From an uncultured Methanosarcinaceae archaeon (GTDB lineage: Archaea; Halobacteriota; Methanosarcinia; Methanosarcinales; Methanosarcinaceae), in NCBI GenBank assembly GCA_963721455.1, contig CAVRJG010000054.1, positions 1 to 64,000 on the forward strand: DNA of 64,000 nucleotides, written 5' to 3'. The notes under the pieces are model-generated. The model was given only the letters and a program-made list of their open reading frames with translations. It had not been told where the DNA came from and ran no database searches. Both the position numbers and the translations under genes were made by a program. Below, one piece after another: positions 53,781 to 64,000 of the stretch (positions within the stretch are counted from its first letter, which is position 1; every line of letters begins with the position of its first letter).

Positions 53781-54007
53781 GTAATTTTCACCTGACTCCT
53801 CAATAAACCTGAAGGGATTTTAATGTTTCTGTCCTTGCAGCTTCCGAAAATCCCTCTTCGCCATCTAAAATTGATCTGAGGACTCCTGCCAAAAACTTAA
53901 ACAACAAGTTAATCTTAATTAATCAACAGTATAATAATTATTAATATGGGGCGGAAGTGAATTAAATTGATCCTGAACCAGAGAATTTGAAAAAATTATT
54001 AGCAAAG

Positions 54008-54073
54008 GATAATCATAAAAATCGTTTAGTAAAAGATAATCATAAAAATCGTTTAGTAAAAGATAATCATAAA
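54008..54073 (+). repeat. 27-bp tandem repeat (~2.4 copies)
   Basis: GATAATCATAAAAATCGTTTAGTAAAA starting at 54008 and 54035, partial at 54062. Confidence 0.85.
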
Positions 54074-54146
54074 TGGACAGTTATAATAAGTCTTATTTAA
54101 CTCAATTTTGACTCTAAATTAACTGATATGCAGGAGATATTCGAAG

Positions 54147-55220
54147 ATGGAAAAAGGCGGAAGTCTTAAAGAAATAAAATCCCTTCTTGAAAAATTCACA
54201 AATGCTCATGGAATTTCAGGCTTTGAAGACGATGTCCGGGAACTTCTTGAAAAGGAGATTGAACCCTATGTTGACACTATCCGCAAAGATAGCATGGGAA
54301 ACCTTATAGCTGCCAAAAAGGGGGAAGGCCCTTCTATAATGCTGGCTGCCCACATGGACGAAATCGGGCTTATGGTCAGGTATATTGATGATAACGGTTT
54401 CCTCCGGTTTGTTGGGATAGGGGGATGGTTTGACCAGACCCTCCTTAACCAGAGAGTTGTAGTTCACGGCAAGAAGGGTTCCATTCCCGGAGTTATCGGG
54501 TCCAAGCCTCCCCACGTAATGAAAGAGGACGACAGGAAAAAGCCTGTGAAAATAGAAGACATGTTTATCGATATCGGAGCAAAAGACAGGGAGGATGCTG
54601 AGAACCTCGGAATTGAGATAGGTACGACAGCCTCAATTGACCGGGTGTTTGTGTCCCTGGCAAATGGAAAGGTCACTTCCAAGGCCTTTGATGACCGCGC
54701 AGGCATCGTAATCCTTATAGAAGTTATGAAACGGCTTTCTAAACATAAAATTGAAGCAAACATCTATGCCGTAGGTACTGTCCAGGAAGAAGTGGGACTG
54801 AAGGGCGCAAGAACCTGTGCTTTCGGGATTTGTCCAAATCTTGCTCTTGCCCTTGACACAACTATTCCGGGGGATCATCCGGGTATCAACAAAACCGATT
54901 CTTCTCTGGAAATCGGGAAAGGCCCTGTAATTACCGTAGCTGACGCATCCGGAAGAGGCCTTATAGCCCACCCGCAGGTTCTTAAGTGGCTGAAGGAAAC
55001 TGCCGCTGAAAATAAGATTCCGTATCAACTGGGCGTTGGTTCCGGGGGCACCACTGATGCCACTTCAATCCATCTCTCAAAGGAAGGTATTCCTACAGGT
55101 ACGGTTAGCATAGCCACCCGCTACATCCATTCCCCGGTTGAGGTTCTGGACACGGCAGATATTGAAGCATGCATTTCCCTGATTGTAAAAGCAATAGAAA
55201 ACGTCGGCAAATATTTTTAA
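54147..55220 (+). CDS. M42 family (TET) aminopeptidase
   Basis: AAHMDEIG, KAFDDR, QEEVGLKGA and RYIHSPVE. Confidence 0.95.
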   Translation: MEKGGSLKEIKSLLEKFTNAHGISGFEDDVRELLEKEIEPYVDTIRKDSMGNLIAAKKGEGPSIMLAAHMDEIGLMVRYIDDNGFLRFVGIGGWFDQTLLNQRVVVHGKKGSIPGVIGSKPPHVMKEDDRKKPVKIEDMFIDIGAKDREDAENLGIEIGTTASIDRVFVSLANGKVTSKAFDDRAGIVILIEVMKRLSKHKIEANIYAVGTVQEEVGLKGARTCAFGICPNLALALDTTIPGDHPGINKTDSSLEIGKGPVITVADASGRGLIAHPQVLKWLKETAAENKIPYQLGVGSGGTTDATSIHLSKEGIPTGTVSIATRYIHSPVEVLDTADIEACISLIVKAIENVGKYF

Positions 55221-55221
55221 A

Positions 55222-55392
55222 GCCCGAGTTTCGCTTCGGGAGCACGAGGTCCTTTTCGCTTCGCTCAAGAGGACTAATTTAGAGGAATTGATATTTCGCT
55301 TCGCTCAAGAGGACTAAATTCTAAAGTTGCAGCATTTATACCAGAATTGCGCCTCGGCAGAGTTGCGGCTCTGCAGTGCGCTGTCCTTTTTT
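55222..55392 (+). repeat. Cluster of two-hairpin repeat modules (one full copy, a half copy and a variant copy)
   Basis: 55222-55281 matches 35031; TTTCGCTTCGCTCAAGAGGACTAA repeated near 55294; GGCAGAGTTGCGGCTCTGCAGTGCGC at ~55357 is the reverse complement of the 23.2-kb unit. Confidence 0.88.
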
Positions 55393-55747
55393 CCGTATTT
55401 CCGTAGTTCAACTCTACGTTTAAAAGTAGTGAAGAAATTGTGTTACTTTCCTTTAATCCAGAGTTAGAGACTTTATAAGTGGTAAATTTTTTCATTTTTC
55501 TAAAAATCAGATATATTGTTAACTGGAAACTAAAAATACTATGGTATACCTATTAAAGAAGAGTTTCAGAGACCCGTGGAGTAAATTCGAAGATTTTTCG
55601 GAGAACGTCTGGCTTCTGAGGACAAATATATGTAATATGTATAATTAAATAGGGTTCTGTAAAATAGGGCCAAATAATATAAAATAATGTTTATATAATT
55701 TTCGTATCAGCAGAAAGAATCTATCTTAATAAAAGAAAGACTGAGGG

Positions 55748-57238
55748 ATTGTATTATTCGAAAATATCCGTTTTCTGGACACTACTTTAAGAGATGGTGA
55801 ACAAACACCTGGTGTAGCCCTGACAAGGGAGAAGAAGCTCTTAATCTCCCGAGCCCTTGATGAGATGGGAGTCTCGGTAATTGAAGCCGGTTCTGCAATC
55901 ACTTCCGAAGGTGAAAGGGAGTCTATCAAGGCTGTTGCAAACGCAGGGCTTGATGCCGAAATCTGCAGCTACTGCAGGATTGTAAAGATGGACGTTGACC
56001 ATGCTCTGGAATGCGACGTCGATTCTATCCACCTTGTAGCACCTGTTTCGGATCTTCATATAAGGACGAAGCTCAAAAAGGATCGGGATGCGGTAAGACA
56101 GATTGCAGCCGAAGTAACGGAGTATGCCAAGGACCACGGCCTGATTGTGGAACTGAGCGGGGAAGATGCCTCGCGTGCAGACCTTGAATTCTTAAAGACC
56201 CTGTATGCGGACGGGATAGATGCCGGAGCCGACAGGCTATGTTTCTGCGATACTGTAGGCCTTCTGGTACCTGAAAGGACGACCGAGATTTTCCGGGACC
56301 TTTCTTCCTCCCTGAAAGCCCCGATCAGCATTCACTGCCACAATGACTTCGGTCTCGCAACTGCAAACACGGTTGCTGCCCTTGCGGCAGGGGCAAAGCA
56401 GGCCCATGTAACTATAAATGGGTTAGGGGAAAGAGCCGGAAACGCGGCTCTGGAAGAAGTGGTCATGAGCCTGGAATGGATCTACAAATATGACACGGGC
56501 ATCAAGCACGAGATGATCTATCGGACTTCCAGGCTTGTAAGCCGTCTTACAGGCGTTCCCGTATCTCCCAATAAGGCTCTGGTGGGAGGAAATGCGTTTA
56601 CCCATGAGGCAGGCATTCATGTCCATGGTCTTCTCGCCGACAAGGCAACCTACGAGCCGATGAGTCCCGAATACATCGGAAGGCAGCGCCAGATCGTACT
56701 CGGGAAACATGCAGGACGGAGTTCGATTACCCTTGCCTTAAAGGAAGTGGGGCTTGCGGCTGATGACGCCCAGACAGAGGAGATTTTCAACAGGGTTAAG
56801 CAGATGGGTGACCAGGGAAAACACGTAACCGATGCTGACCTGCAGACTATAGCGGAAACCGTGCTTGATATCTATAAAGAGCCTCTGGTAAAATTAGAAG
56901 AGTTTACCATTGTATCCGGAAACCGGGTGACTCCAACCGCTTCCATAAAGCTCAATGTTAAAGACAAGGTGATCGTACAGGCCGGAATAGGTAACGGGCC
57001 TGTAGATGCTGTAATCAACGCCATCAGAAGAGCTGTAAGTTCCTGTGCGGAAGATATCATCCTTGAAGAATATCACGTAGACTCAATCACCGGCGGAACC
57101 GACGCCCTTGTGGAAGTAAGGGTAAAACTTTCCAAGAACGGAAAGGTAATCACCGCAAGCGGAGCCAGAACGGACATCATCATGGCCTCTGTAGAAGCTG
57201 TGATGAACGGCATGAACCGACTTATCCGGGTCGAGTGA
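55748..57238 (+). CDS. cimA: (R)-citramalate synthase / isopropylmalate synthase family
   Basis: [13 protein letters not shown] upstream of the listed ORF start, HCHNDFG, GERAGN and a C-terminal regulatory domain; upstream of ilvBNC; cimA versus leuA is inferred. Confidence 0.8.
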   Translation: MVLFENIRFLDTTLRDGEQTPGVALTREKKLLISRALDEMGVSVIEAGSAITSEGERESIKAVANAGLDAEICSYCRIVKMDVDHALECDVDSIHLVAPVSDLHIRTKLKKDRDAVRQIAAEVTEYAKDHGLIVELSGEDASRADLEFLKTLYADGIDAGADRLCFCDTVGLLVPERTTEIFRDLSSSLKAPISIHCHNDFGLATANTVAALAAGAKQAHVTINGLGERAGNAALEEVVMSLEWIYKYDTGIKHEMIYRTSRLVSRLTGVPVSPNKALVGGNAFTHEAGIHVHGLLADKATYEPMSPEYIGRQRQIVLGKHAGRSSITLALKEVGLAADDAQTEEIFNRVKQMGDQGKHVTDADLQTIAETVLDIYKEPLVKLEEFTIVSGNRVTPTASIKLNVKDKVIVQAGIGNGPVDAVINAIRRAVSSCAEDIILEEYHVDSITGGTDALVEVRVKLSKNGKVITASGARTDIIMASVEAVMNGMNRLIRVE

Positions 57239-57535
57239 GTTTCAGAAAGGATAAAGCTTCAAAAGTTTCTCAGGGGGACTATCCCGCCCCCTCTTCTTTT
57301 CCTGGTGTAGAAATTTTTGAAACAATGGTTCTCTGGTATTCATTGAGTCCGGAGAAACCCTTATCCATATATAACATGATTGATTATGATGTATTCGCAA
57401 ATTCATAACAAAAGCTTGTGAGTGTGAGAGATAAAAAAGTATTTCTGATAAACACACCTTACTGGAGGCGTACTCATCTTTCCAGGTGAGTCTCCAGTTA
57501 AATCAACATTTCATGAGATAAGAAGGAGTTAAATA

Positions 57536-59302
57536 ATGACAACCGGGTCAACAGAAAAAGTTAATGGCGCAAGGGCTCTGATAAAGTGCCTGGAAGAAGA
57601 AGGGGTTGACACCATCTTCGGATATCCGGGAGGGCAGATCATTCCCTTCTATAACGAACTATATGATTCAAATCTGCGCCACATACTTGTACGCCACGAA
57701 CAGGCAGCAGCTCATGCTGCGGACGGGTACGCCCGCGCTACTGGAAAGACCGGGGTCTGCGTTTCCACCTCAGGTCCCGGAGCAACTAACCTGGTAACAG
57801 GTATTGCTACCGCATATATGGACTCAGTACCCATTGTAGCCTTAACAGGTCAGGTTCCGAGGTTCCTGATCGGTAATGACGCTTTCCAGGAAGCAGATAT
57901 TACGGGAATTACCCAGCCCATTACCAAGCACAACTACCTCGTACAGGATGCAAAAGAACTCCCGAGAATCGTAAAAGAAGCCTTCCATATAGCTTCTACC
58001 GGAAGGCCTGGCCCGGTATTAATTGACCTTCCAAAGGACGTACAGAACGCGGAGATTGACTTTTATTATCCTGACAAAGTAGAACTTAGAGGGTATAAGC
58101 CAACTTACAAAGGCAATATCCAGCAGATCAAACGAGCTGCCAAAGAAATCGCAAATTCCTCAATGCCTATAATTTACGCAGGCGGTGGGGTGATAAGTTC
58201 TAATGCCAGCGCCGAACTTGTGGAACTGGCCGAGACGATCAACGCTCCGGTTACGACTACCCTTATGGGGATAGGCTCAATTCCAACAGAGCATCCTCTA
58301 TATGTCGGGATGCTTGGGATGCATGGGACCAAATACGCAAACTATGCAGTTCAGGAATCCGATCTTATTATTGCCGTGGGCGCAAGGTTTGATGACCGCG
58401 TGACCGGCAAGCTCGAATCCTTTGCTCCCAAAGCCAGGGTTATCCATATTGATGTCGACCCTGCCGAGATTTCCAAGAACGTAAAGGTTCACATTCCAAT
58501 TGTCGGGGATGCAAAACAGGTACTCAAATCTCTGAATAAATATATTCAGCGCTGCAATTCCGGGGCATGGATTGAAAAAATAAACCAGTGGAAAAAGGAA
58601 TATCCCCTTACCTACAGACAGGAATCGCAGGATGTCGTGATGCCTCAGTTTGTTATCGAGCAGATATCCGAAGCCTGCGAGGATGCAATTATCGTTACTG
58701 AAGTCGGGCAGCACCAGATGTGGGCCGCTCAGTTCTTCAAGTACAAAAAGCCCCGCACTTTCCTTACATCAGGTGGGCTCGGCACAATGGGCTACGGTTT
58801 CCCTGCAGCCATAGGAGCGAAGGTCGGCAGGCCGGATAAAACGGTTATCAACATTGCAGGAGACGGCTCTTTCCAGATGAACTCTCAGGAGCTTGCAACC
58901 GCGGTTCAGAACGATATCCCGGTTGTTTCCGTGATCCTGAATAACGGTTATCTGGGCATGGTCAGGCAGTGGCAGGAGCTGTTCTATGAAAGGCGGTATT
59001 CCTACACCTTAATCAAAGGCAGTGTTGACTTTGTTAAGCTGGCCGAAGCCTATGGAGCTCTTGGGCTGCGTGCGGAAAAGCCGTCCGAAGTCAGGCCTGC
59101 AATAGAAGAAGCAGTTAAGTCAGGCAGGCCCGCTGTTGTTGAAGTGATTGTTGAGTGCGAGGCAAATGTCTACCCTATGGTGCCGGCAGGAGCTGCAATC
59201 AATGAGATTCTTGACATGGAGGAACACGCAGATACTCCCTGCGCTATGCCTGATCTGCGCGCTGCAACAGCTGATAGAGTTCTCGACCTGGAGGAACACT
59301 GA
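57536..59302 (+). CDS. ilvB: Acetolactate synthase large subunit
   Basis: [18 protein letters not shown] and GDGSFQM...NN TPP motif. Confidence 0.96.
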   Translation: MTTGSTEKVNGARALIKCLEEEGVDTIFGYPGGQIIPFYNELYDSNLRHILVRHEQAAAHAADGYARATGKTGVCVSTSGPGATNLVTGIATAYMDSVPIVALTGQVPRFLIGNDAFQEADITGITQPITKHNYLVQDAKELPRIVKEAFHIASTGRPGPVLIDLPKDVQNAEIDFYYPDKVELRGYKPTYKGNIQQIKRAAKEIANSSMPIIYAGGGVISSNASAELVELAETINAPVTTTLMGIGSIPTEHPLYVGMLGMHGTKYANYAVQESDLIIAVGARFDDRVTGKLESFAPKARVIHIDVDPAEISKNVKVHIPIVGDAKQVLKSLNKYIQRCNSGAWIEKINQWKKEYPLTYRQESQDVVMPQFVIEQISEACEDAIIVTEVGQHQMWAAQFFKYKKPRTFLTSGGLGTMGYGFPAAIGAKVGRPDKTVINIAGDGSFQMNSQELATAVQNDIPVVSVILNNGYLGMVRQWQELFYERRYSYTLIKGSVDFVKLAEAYGALGLRAEKPSEVRPAIEEAVKSGRPAVVEVIVECEANVYPMVPAGAAINEILDMEEHADTPCAMPDLRAATADRVLDLEEH

Positions 59303-59787
59303 TGAAACACACGCTTGCAGTCCTTGTGGAAAATAAGTCCGGGGTTCTCTCCAGGGTGGCGTCACTCTTCTCAAGGCGCGGATACAATATCGACAGCCTG
59401 GCTGTGGGAGTTACGGAAGATCCTGAAATCTCCAGAATGACTATTGTCGTTCACGGAGATGACCATGTGCTTGAACAGGTCACAAAACAGCTGAATAAAC
59501 TCATAGATGTGATCAAGGTCTCGGATATCGGGGGAGACGAAGCGGTAGAAAGGGAACTTGCCCTTATTAAAGTATCAGCTGATGTGGATACTAGATCCGA
59601 AATTATCCAGATTGCAGATATCTTCAGGGCAAGGATAGTGGACGTGGCTCCCAGGTCCATGACTGTCGAAGTAACCGGCGATGAAAGCAAAATTCAGGCA
59701 ATCGAAAAACTTCTCCGGCAGTTTGGAATTAAGGAAATGGCCCGAACAGGCAAGATTGCTCTGGTCCGCGGCCCAAAGAAGGTTTAA
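59302..59787 (+). CDS. ilvN: Acetolactate synthase small subunit
   Basis: [28 protein letters not shown] domain. Confidence 0.96.
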   Translation: MKHTLAVLVENKSGVLSRVASLFSRRGYNIDSLAVGVTEDPEISRMTIVVHGDDHVLEQVTKQLNKLIDVIKVSDIGGDEAVERELALIKVSADVDTRSEIIQIADIFRARIVDVAPRSMTVEVTGDESKIQAIEKLLRQFGIKEMARTGKIALVRGPKKV

Positions 59788-60057
59788 ATATTAAGGGCAG
59801 ATTAAGAGAGGTAGCTGCTCAATTATTTTCTACAGATTGGGCAGCCGGAAGCCTTTTCAAACTCTGAAAGCCTTCTAAAAAGTAGGCATGGGTTTCCAGG
59901 CCTCTCCTAAATCTCAAAAAGCTGCCCCTATTCAAAGAAGCAACTTTTCGAAAATTAACTTAATTCTCGAAGCGGACGTATTCCATAGTAGGATACTTTT
60001 CGAAATATTAGAGGGAAATTCGCTCAAAAACTAAATAATTCATCAGGAGAATCGATT

Positions 60058-61065
60058 ATGGCAACGATAATTTATGATAATGAAACCACTTTTGATGCAC
60101 TTAAGGACAAAACCATCGCAGTAATGGGCTACGGAAGCCAGGGCCACGCTCACGCCCGTAACCTCCATGAGTCCGGGCTCAATGTTGTTGTGGGACTCAG
60201 GAACGGAAGCTCCAGCTGGGCAAAAGCCGAAGGTGACGGCCTGAAAGTACTGACTGTGGCAGAAGCTGCAAAAGCTGCAGATATTATCATGATCCTGCTT
60301 CCGGACGAAAAGCAGGCCTCGGTGTACTACTCCGAAATCGAGTCCAACCTGAAAGCTGGGAATGCCCTGGTTTTCGCTCACGGCTTCAATATCCATTATA
60401 ACCAGATAGTGCCTCCGAAAGATGTTGACGTCTTCATGGTCGCTCCCAAAGGTCCGGGCCATATCGTAAGAAGAACCTATACAGAAGGTATCGGAGTGCC
60501 GGGCCTGATTGCAGTCTACCAGGACGCAACCGGAAATGCCAGGGAACTTGCCCTTTCCTATGCCAAGGGAATTGGTGCAACCAGGGCAGGCGTTTACGAG
60601 ACTACTTTCCGTGAGGAAACCGAAACCGATCTTTTCGGGGAACAGGTTGACCTCTGCGGAGGGATCTCATCTCTCATCAAGACAGCTTTTGAGGTGCTTG
60701 TGGAAGCAGGGTACCAGCCCGAAATGGCATATTTCGAAACCTGTCACGAAGTCAAGCTCATTGTGGATCTTATCTACGAAGGAGGGCTTGAGAGAATGTG
60801 GCACTCCGTTTCCAATACCGCAGAATACGGCGGCATGACAGTCGGCCCGAGGATCATTAATGAGGAGTCCCGCGAAGCCATGTATGAAGCTCTGGAAAGG
60901 ATTCAGAACGGTGAATTTGCCAAGGAATTCGTCCTCGAAGGCATGGTCAACCACCCAGTGCTCAAAGCCATGGAACGCCAGGAAAAGGAACACCCGCTTG
61001 AGATTGTCGGAAAGGAAATCAGGGCAAACATCCCCTGGCTCAACAAAAAGATTGACGACGACTGA
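60058..61065 (+). CDS. ilvC: Ketol-acid reductoisomerase
   Basis: [17 protein letters not shown] and [10 protein letters not shown]. Confidence 0.98.
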   Translation: MATIIYDNETTFDALKDKTIAVMGYGSQGHAHARNLHESGLNVVVGLRNGSSSWAKAEGDGLKVLTVAEAAKAADIIMILLPDEKQASVYYSEIESNLKAGNALVFAHGFNIHYNQIVPPKDVDVFMVAPKGPGHIVRRTYTEGIGVPGLIAVYQDATGNARELALSYAKGIGATRAGVYETTFREETETDLFGEQVDLCGGISSLIKTAFEVLVEAGYQPEMAYFETCHEVKLIVDLIYEGGLERMWHSVSNTAEYGGMTVGPRIINEESREAMYEALERIQNGEFAKEFVLEGMVNHPVLKAMERQEKEHPLEIVGKEIRANIPWLNKKIDDD

Positions 61066-61140
61066 TTTTGCTGTGATTTACAGCCTGTGAACAAAAAGCT
61101 CATTAATCTGGAAATATAAAATCAATGCGGAGGGAAAATA

Positions 61141-61683
61141 ATGCCAGTAACAGGAGAAACCAAAGTCATTGACACAATCCTTAACAGGCGGAGCGTCCGG
61201 GAGTTTACGGACAAACCTGTCAGCAAGGAAGATATCAACATAATCCTGAACGCAGGGCACTGGGCTCCTTCCGGATTGAACAACCAGCCCTGGCGCTTCA
61301 TTGTTATCCAAAACAGGGAGACTATCCAGAAACTCTCGGAATGCACTCATTATTCCGGGATCGTAGCAGGGGCTCCCCTGCTTATTGCCACTTTTCTGGA
61401 CAATGAAACTTCCTACAACAGGACAAAAGATATCGAGGCAATCGGGGCTGCAATCCAGAATATGCTCCTTACCTGCTGCGAACTGGACCTTGGCGGGGTC
61501 TGGCTTGGAGAAATCCTGAATCAAAAGGAGAAGGTCAATTCTATTCTGGGATGTCCTTCAAATCTTGAGCTAATGTGCGCTCTCGCAATCGGAGAACCGG
61601 TTCCCAAAGAGAGAACTTCAACACGCAAGCCTCTTTCCGAAATAGTATTTGATGAAAAGTACGGACAAAACTGGGAAGAGTAA
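61141..61683 (+). CDS. Nitroreductase family protein
   Basis: RRSVREF, WAPSGLNNQPWRF and QNMLL..C..LGGVW. Confidence 0.93.
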   Translation: MPVTGETKVIDTILNRRSVREFTDKPVSKEDINIILNAGHWAPSGLNNQPWRFIVIQNRETIQKLSECTHYSGIVAGAPLLIATFLDNETSYNRTKDIEAIGAAIQNMLLTCCELDLGGVWLGEILNQKEKVNSILGCPSNLELMCALAIGEPVPKERTSTRKPLSEIVFDEKYGQNWEE

Positions 61684-61706
61684 ACTGTATTTTACCGTAT
61701 ATTTAT

Positions 61707-61884
61707 GGCTCTTCGCTGTTTCGAGTGGGTAATTTACATCCATTTCTAACTATGGAAGTAGCATGCATAAAATTTAAAAACGTTTGTTGTTGAAAATCAC
61801 AGTCAAGCTCGATGTTTTTCATTTTGGCCGGACAACTGTCTAACTAAGCAATTATTTTCAACCCATACAAAACAGCGAAGAGCC
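61707..61884. mobile_element. 178-bp MITE with ISL3-like ends and an 8-bp target-site duplication
   Basis: 24-bp imperfect TIR GGCTCTTCGCTGTTTcgagTGGGT / ACCCAtacaAAACAGCGAAGAGCC; ATATTTAT on both flanks. Confidence 0.85.
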
Positions 61885-61998
61885 ATATTTATAATCTCAT
61901 TAAGGATTAAATTTATAAGCTATTTAGCACTATTACCAGCCAGTTAACTGATTACAGCTTTATCTGCCAGTTAACCGATCATAACTTTTTCACAATGA

Positions 61999-62070
61999 AG
62001 GTCTGTGGTGTAGAGGATATCACTGGAGCCTCCGGAGCTCTTAACCTGGGTTCGATTCCCAGCAGACCTG
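61999..62070 (+). tRNA. tRNA-Arg(CCG)
   Basis: Acceptor AGGTCTG/CAGACCT; anticodon arm GGAGC-CTCCGGA-GCTCT; T arm CTGGG-TTCGATT-CCCAG; CCA not encoded. Confidence 0.93.
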
Positions 62071-62099
62071 TTACTGAAAACGTTTAGCAGGTTTACATA

Positions 62100-62282
62100 A
62101 TGGCTCATGGATTAAATCGTCGCTTTCTGCGTGTGGGGAGAAGGAGATTATCTATAGTTCAGTTAATCCTTATAGCAGTGTTACTGTACTTCTTGCTACG
62201 GATCCTTTTGCCGCTTGTGTGGACGCTTATTTTAATCCTTGCTCTAATCCTACTATTAAAAGTAGTTCTGGAAAATATTTAA
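62100..62282 (+). CDS. Small membrane protein (60 aa)
   Basis: CAGGT RBS-like sequence; basic N-terminus followed by a long Leu/Ile-rich segment. Confidence 0.55.
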   Translation: MAHGLNRRFLRVGRRRLSIVQLILIAVLLYFLLRILLPLVWTLILILALILLLKVVLENI

Positions 62283-62457
62283 TAAATTTTTTATGTGTGT
62301 TTCAGATATTTCTGAAATTCGGGATGTTGGAACGTTTTATCTGGAAACAGAAGTAAATTATTTAATAAATCCTTTGATTTTTTGATTGAGCTATATGGTT
62401 AAATTTGTGAATACTTTAGATCATCTTGATGAATTGAACATAACAGATTGTTAAAAA

Positions 62458-62871
62458 GTGTATAACATGTCGATAAAGAAACGGAGAAGAGGCACTGCAA
62501 TTGTTGAAACTCCTGGGGGCATACTGGTAGTTTCTGGTAGAGGGGAAGTGTATATTTTACCGGGTGGTGGGGCTAACAAAGGAGAATCACGAACCGAAGC
62601 AGCTATTCGAGAGTTAAAAGAGGAAACTGGGTTAATTGCAACTGATGTCAGTTTTCTTTTCAGGCACGTAGGATGTGTACATAAATCATATTCAGGTGGA
62701 TACTTTGAAGATCATCATACTGTATGTTTAATACGTGCAAGTGGTATTGCGAGACCATACAATGAAGTAAAATGCGTGGGGTATTATTCTTCAAATTCAG
62801 AAATTAAGATCTCTAGAACGACGAAAGAAATAATAGATCGATTTTACGAGTTTAAAAGGACGATGGCTTAA
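62458..62871 (+). CDS. NUDIX hydrolase
   Basis: Nudix box GGANKGESRTEAAIRELKEETGL. Confidence 0.92.
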   Translation: MYNMSIKKRRRGTAIVETPGGILVVSGRGEVYILPGGGANKGESRTEAAIRELKEETGLIATDVSFLFRHVGCVHKSYSGGYFEDHHTVCLIRASGIARPYNEVKCVGYYSSNSEIKISRTTKEIIDRFYEFKRTMA

Positions 62872-62944
62872 AATAATGAAATCGCATACTGTAAAGATTG
62901 TCTGTACAGAACCGGACTCAAAAAAGTAGAATAGTATAAATTAG

Positions 62945-62979
62945 TAATCGGTTAACGAATTTTATGCACAACTTTGAAT
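62945..62979. repeat. dif-like (11-6-11) site, copy 2
   Basis: TAATCGGTTAA-CGAATT-TTATGCACAAC; 33 bp identical to 16034-16066. Confidence 0.6.
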
Positions 62980-63207
62980 GCAATGTATAACTTTAAAACT
63001 CATGGTGGACAGATAAAAGCACAGAACCCGGTAACCTTTGAAAATTGGTTCCTTGTATGCCTGAGAAAGTGCAAGAAAAAAGGAGCTGAATTTACTTTTC
63101 TGTGTCATGGATTGGTCCGGATCCAATGGCCGGGAAAGGATGCAATCTTTAGAACGGTTGAAGACTTCGAGAGGGAATACGAAAACGAGCATCTCTCTAA
63201 GTTCTAA
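62974..63207 (+). CDS. Small hypothetical protein
   Basis: 77-aa ORF beginning immediately after the dif-like site; start uncertain. Confidence 0.5.
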   Translation: MNAMYNFKTHGGQIKAQNPVTFENWFLVCLRKCKKKGAEFTFLCHGLVRIQWPGKDAIFRTVEDFEREYENEHLSKF

Positions 63208-63269
63208 TCTTTCTTTTCCCGAAAGTGGTATATGTTGCGCTCCACTTAGAACAGAGAAGAGGTTATACA

Positions 63270-63677
63270 ATGACTGAAACAAAACGCAGGCAGGGACAGA
63301 ACGGCGCGAAGCCTAAAACCATATGCCCGAAGTGTGAAAAAGAATATCTCAAAACTGCTTTTGGTACTGAAATAAAAAAATTCGTGAGGGTAGGCCAATA
63401 TTGTCCTAATCCTGCTTGTGATTATATGATTAAGGACTTTGTTGAGCTGGCAGACGATGAAGAAGAAAACGTGGATGAAGTCAAAGACTTTGCAGAAGCT
63501 TGTTGTGATCAGAAAAGCTTAAAAGAGCTTAAAGACGCTCTTGCAAGAGAAGCAGACGAAACCGATATGAAAACATGGGGCTTAACCGAAGCTCAGTGGC
63601 GAGAAGCTATCGAGGTTGCTATAATTGCAATGGAGAATAACCTCAGTGTAGATGAAGCAATCAAATGTATTTCTTAA
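63270..63677 (+). CDS. Zn-ribbon protein with acidic C-terminal domain
   Basis: GAGGT RBS then ATG at 63270; CPKC...CPNPAC. Confidence 0.7.
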   Translation: MTETKRRQGQNGAKPKTICPKCEKEYLKTAFGTEIKKFVRVGQYCPNPACDYMIKDFVELADDEEENVDEVKDFAEACCDQKSLKELKDALAREADETDMKTWGLTEAQWREAIEVAIIAMENNLSVDEAIKCIS

Positions 63678-64000
63678 TCTAATTTCCTTTTATAGGGCAT
63701 ATGGAGATAAGAAAGCCGATGAAGAAGAAAACGAAACTACTTAAAACCCCACTAAAACCCTTTGCTGTTACGTTTTGGGCGTTTGTGGTTGTAACCATGG
63801 CCGTTATTGGGTTATTTTTGAGACGGAAGAAGGCGCACTAATAACACAGCAATTACTTTTTTATTTCCTTTTTAATTACTGAGTAAACTTTTTAAAGATC
63901 AACTCTCTAAATAACAGTATGTCCTTTGATTTGCTGCATACAAAGAGCTTGTAAAGAGGGTTATAAGACAAAAAGAGCAGGAATAAAATGATTAGCCGAA

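Noticed and set aside
7871-64000. Pyrrolysine (TAG) read-through genes
   Set aside because: No recognisable gene appeared interrupted by an in-frame TAG in my reading; not exhaustively tested
62040-64000. tRNA-integrated element with att duplication
   Set aside because: No integrase and no repeat of the tRNA 3' end inside the window; it could lie beyond 64000

Overview
The window joins DNA from two domains of life. Bases 1 to ~7500 are GC-rich bacterial DNA, probably Acidobacteriota (inferred from protein style). They carry tgt-yajC-secD-secF-tonB-exbB-exbD on the minus strand and a divergent MetOD1/V4R-like gene plus a truncated PAS-sensor gene, with three single-base indels that look like sequencing errors. 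From ~7500 to 64000 the DNA is AT-richer Methanosarcina-type archaeal chromosome. It contains cobT, proS, ZPR1-sepF-PUA, two MFS paralogues, two divergently transcribed membrane pyrophosphatases of different subfamilies, ftsZ, aCPSF1-psmB, tfe, NMD3, a complete ACDS operon (cdhABC-cooC-cdhDE), pfdB, an M42 peptidase, cimA, ilvBNC, tRNA-Arg(CCG) and a small accessory region. The most notable unexplained signals are non-coding. (1) A 33-bp dif-like (11-6-11) site occurs identically at 16034 and 62947, each time beside accessory cargo genes. (2) A dispersed and tandem two-hairpin repeat family shows compensatory stem changes. (3) There are two candidate sRNAs (15850 and 47425), an ISL3-like MITE with an 8-bp target duplication, a four-copy operator upstream of ftsZ, and a cimA gene with no canonical start codon. 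All calls were made by eye without database searches.
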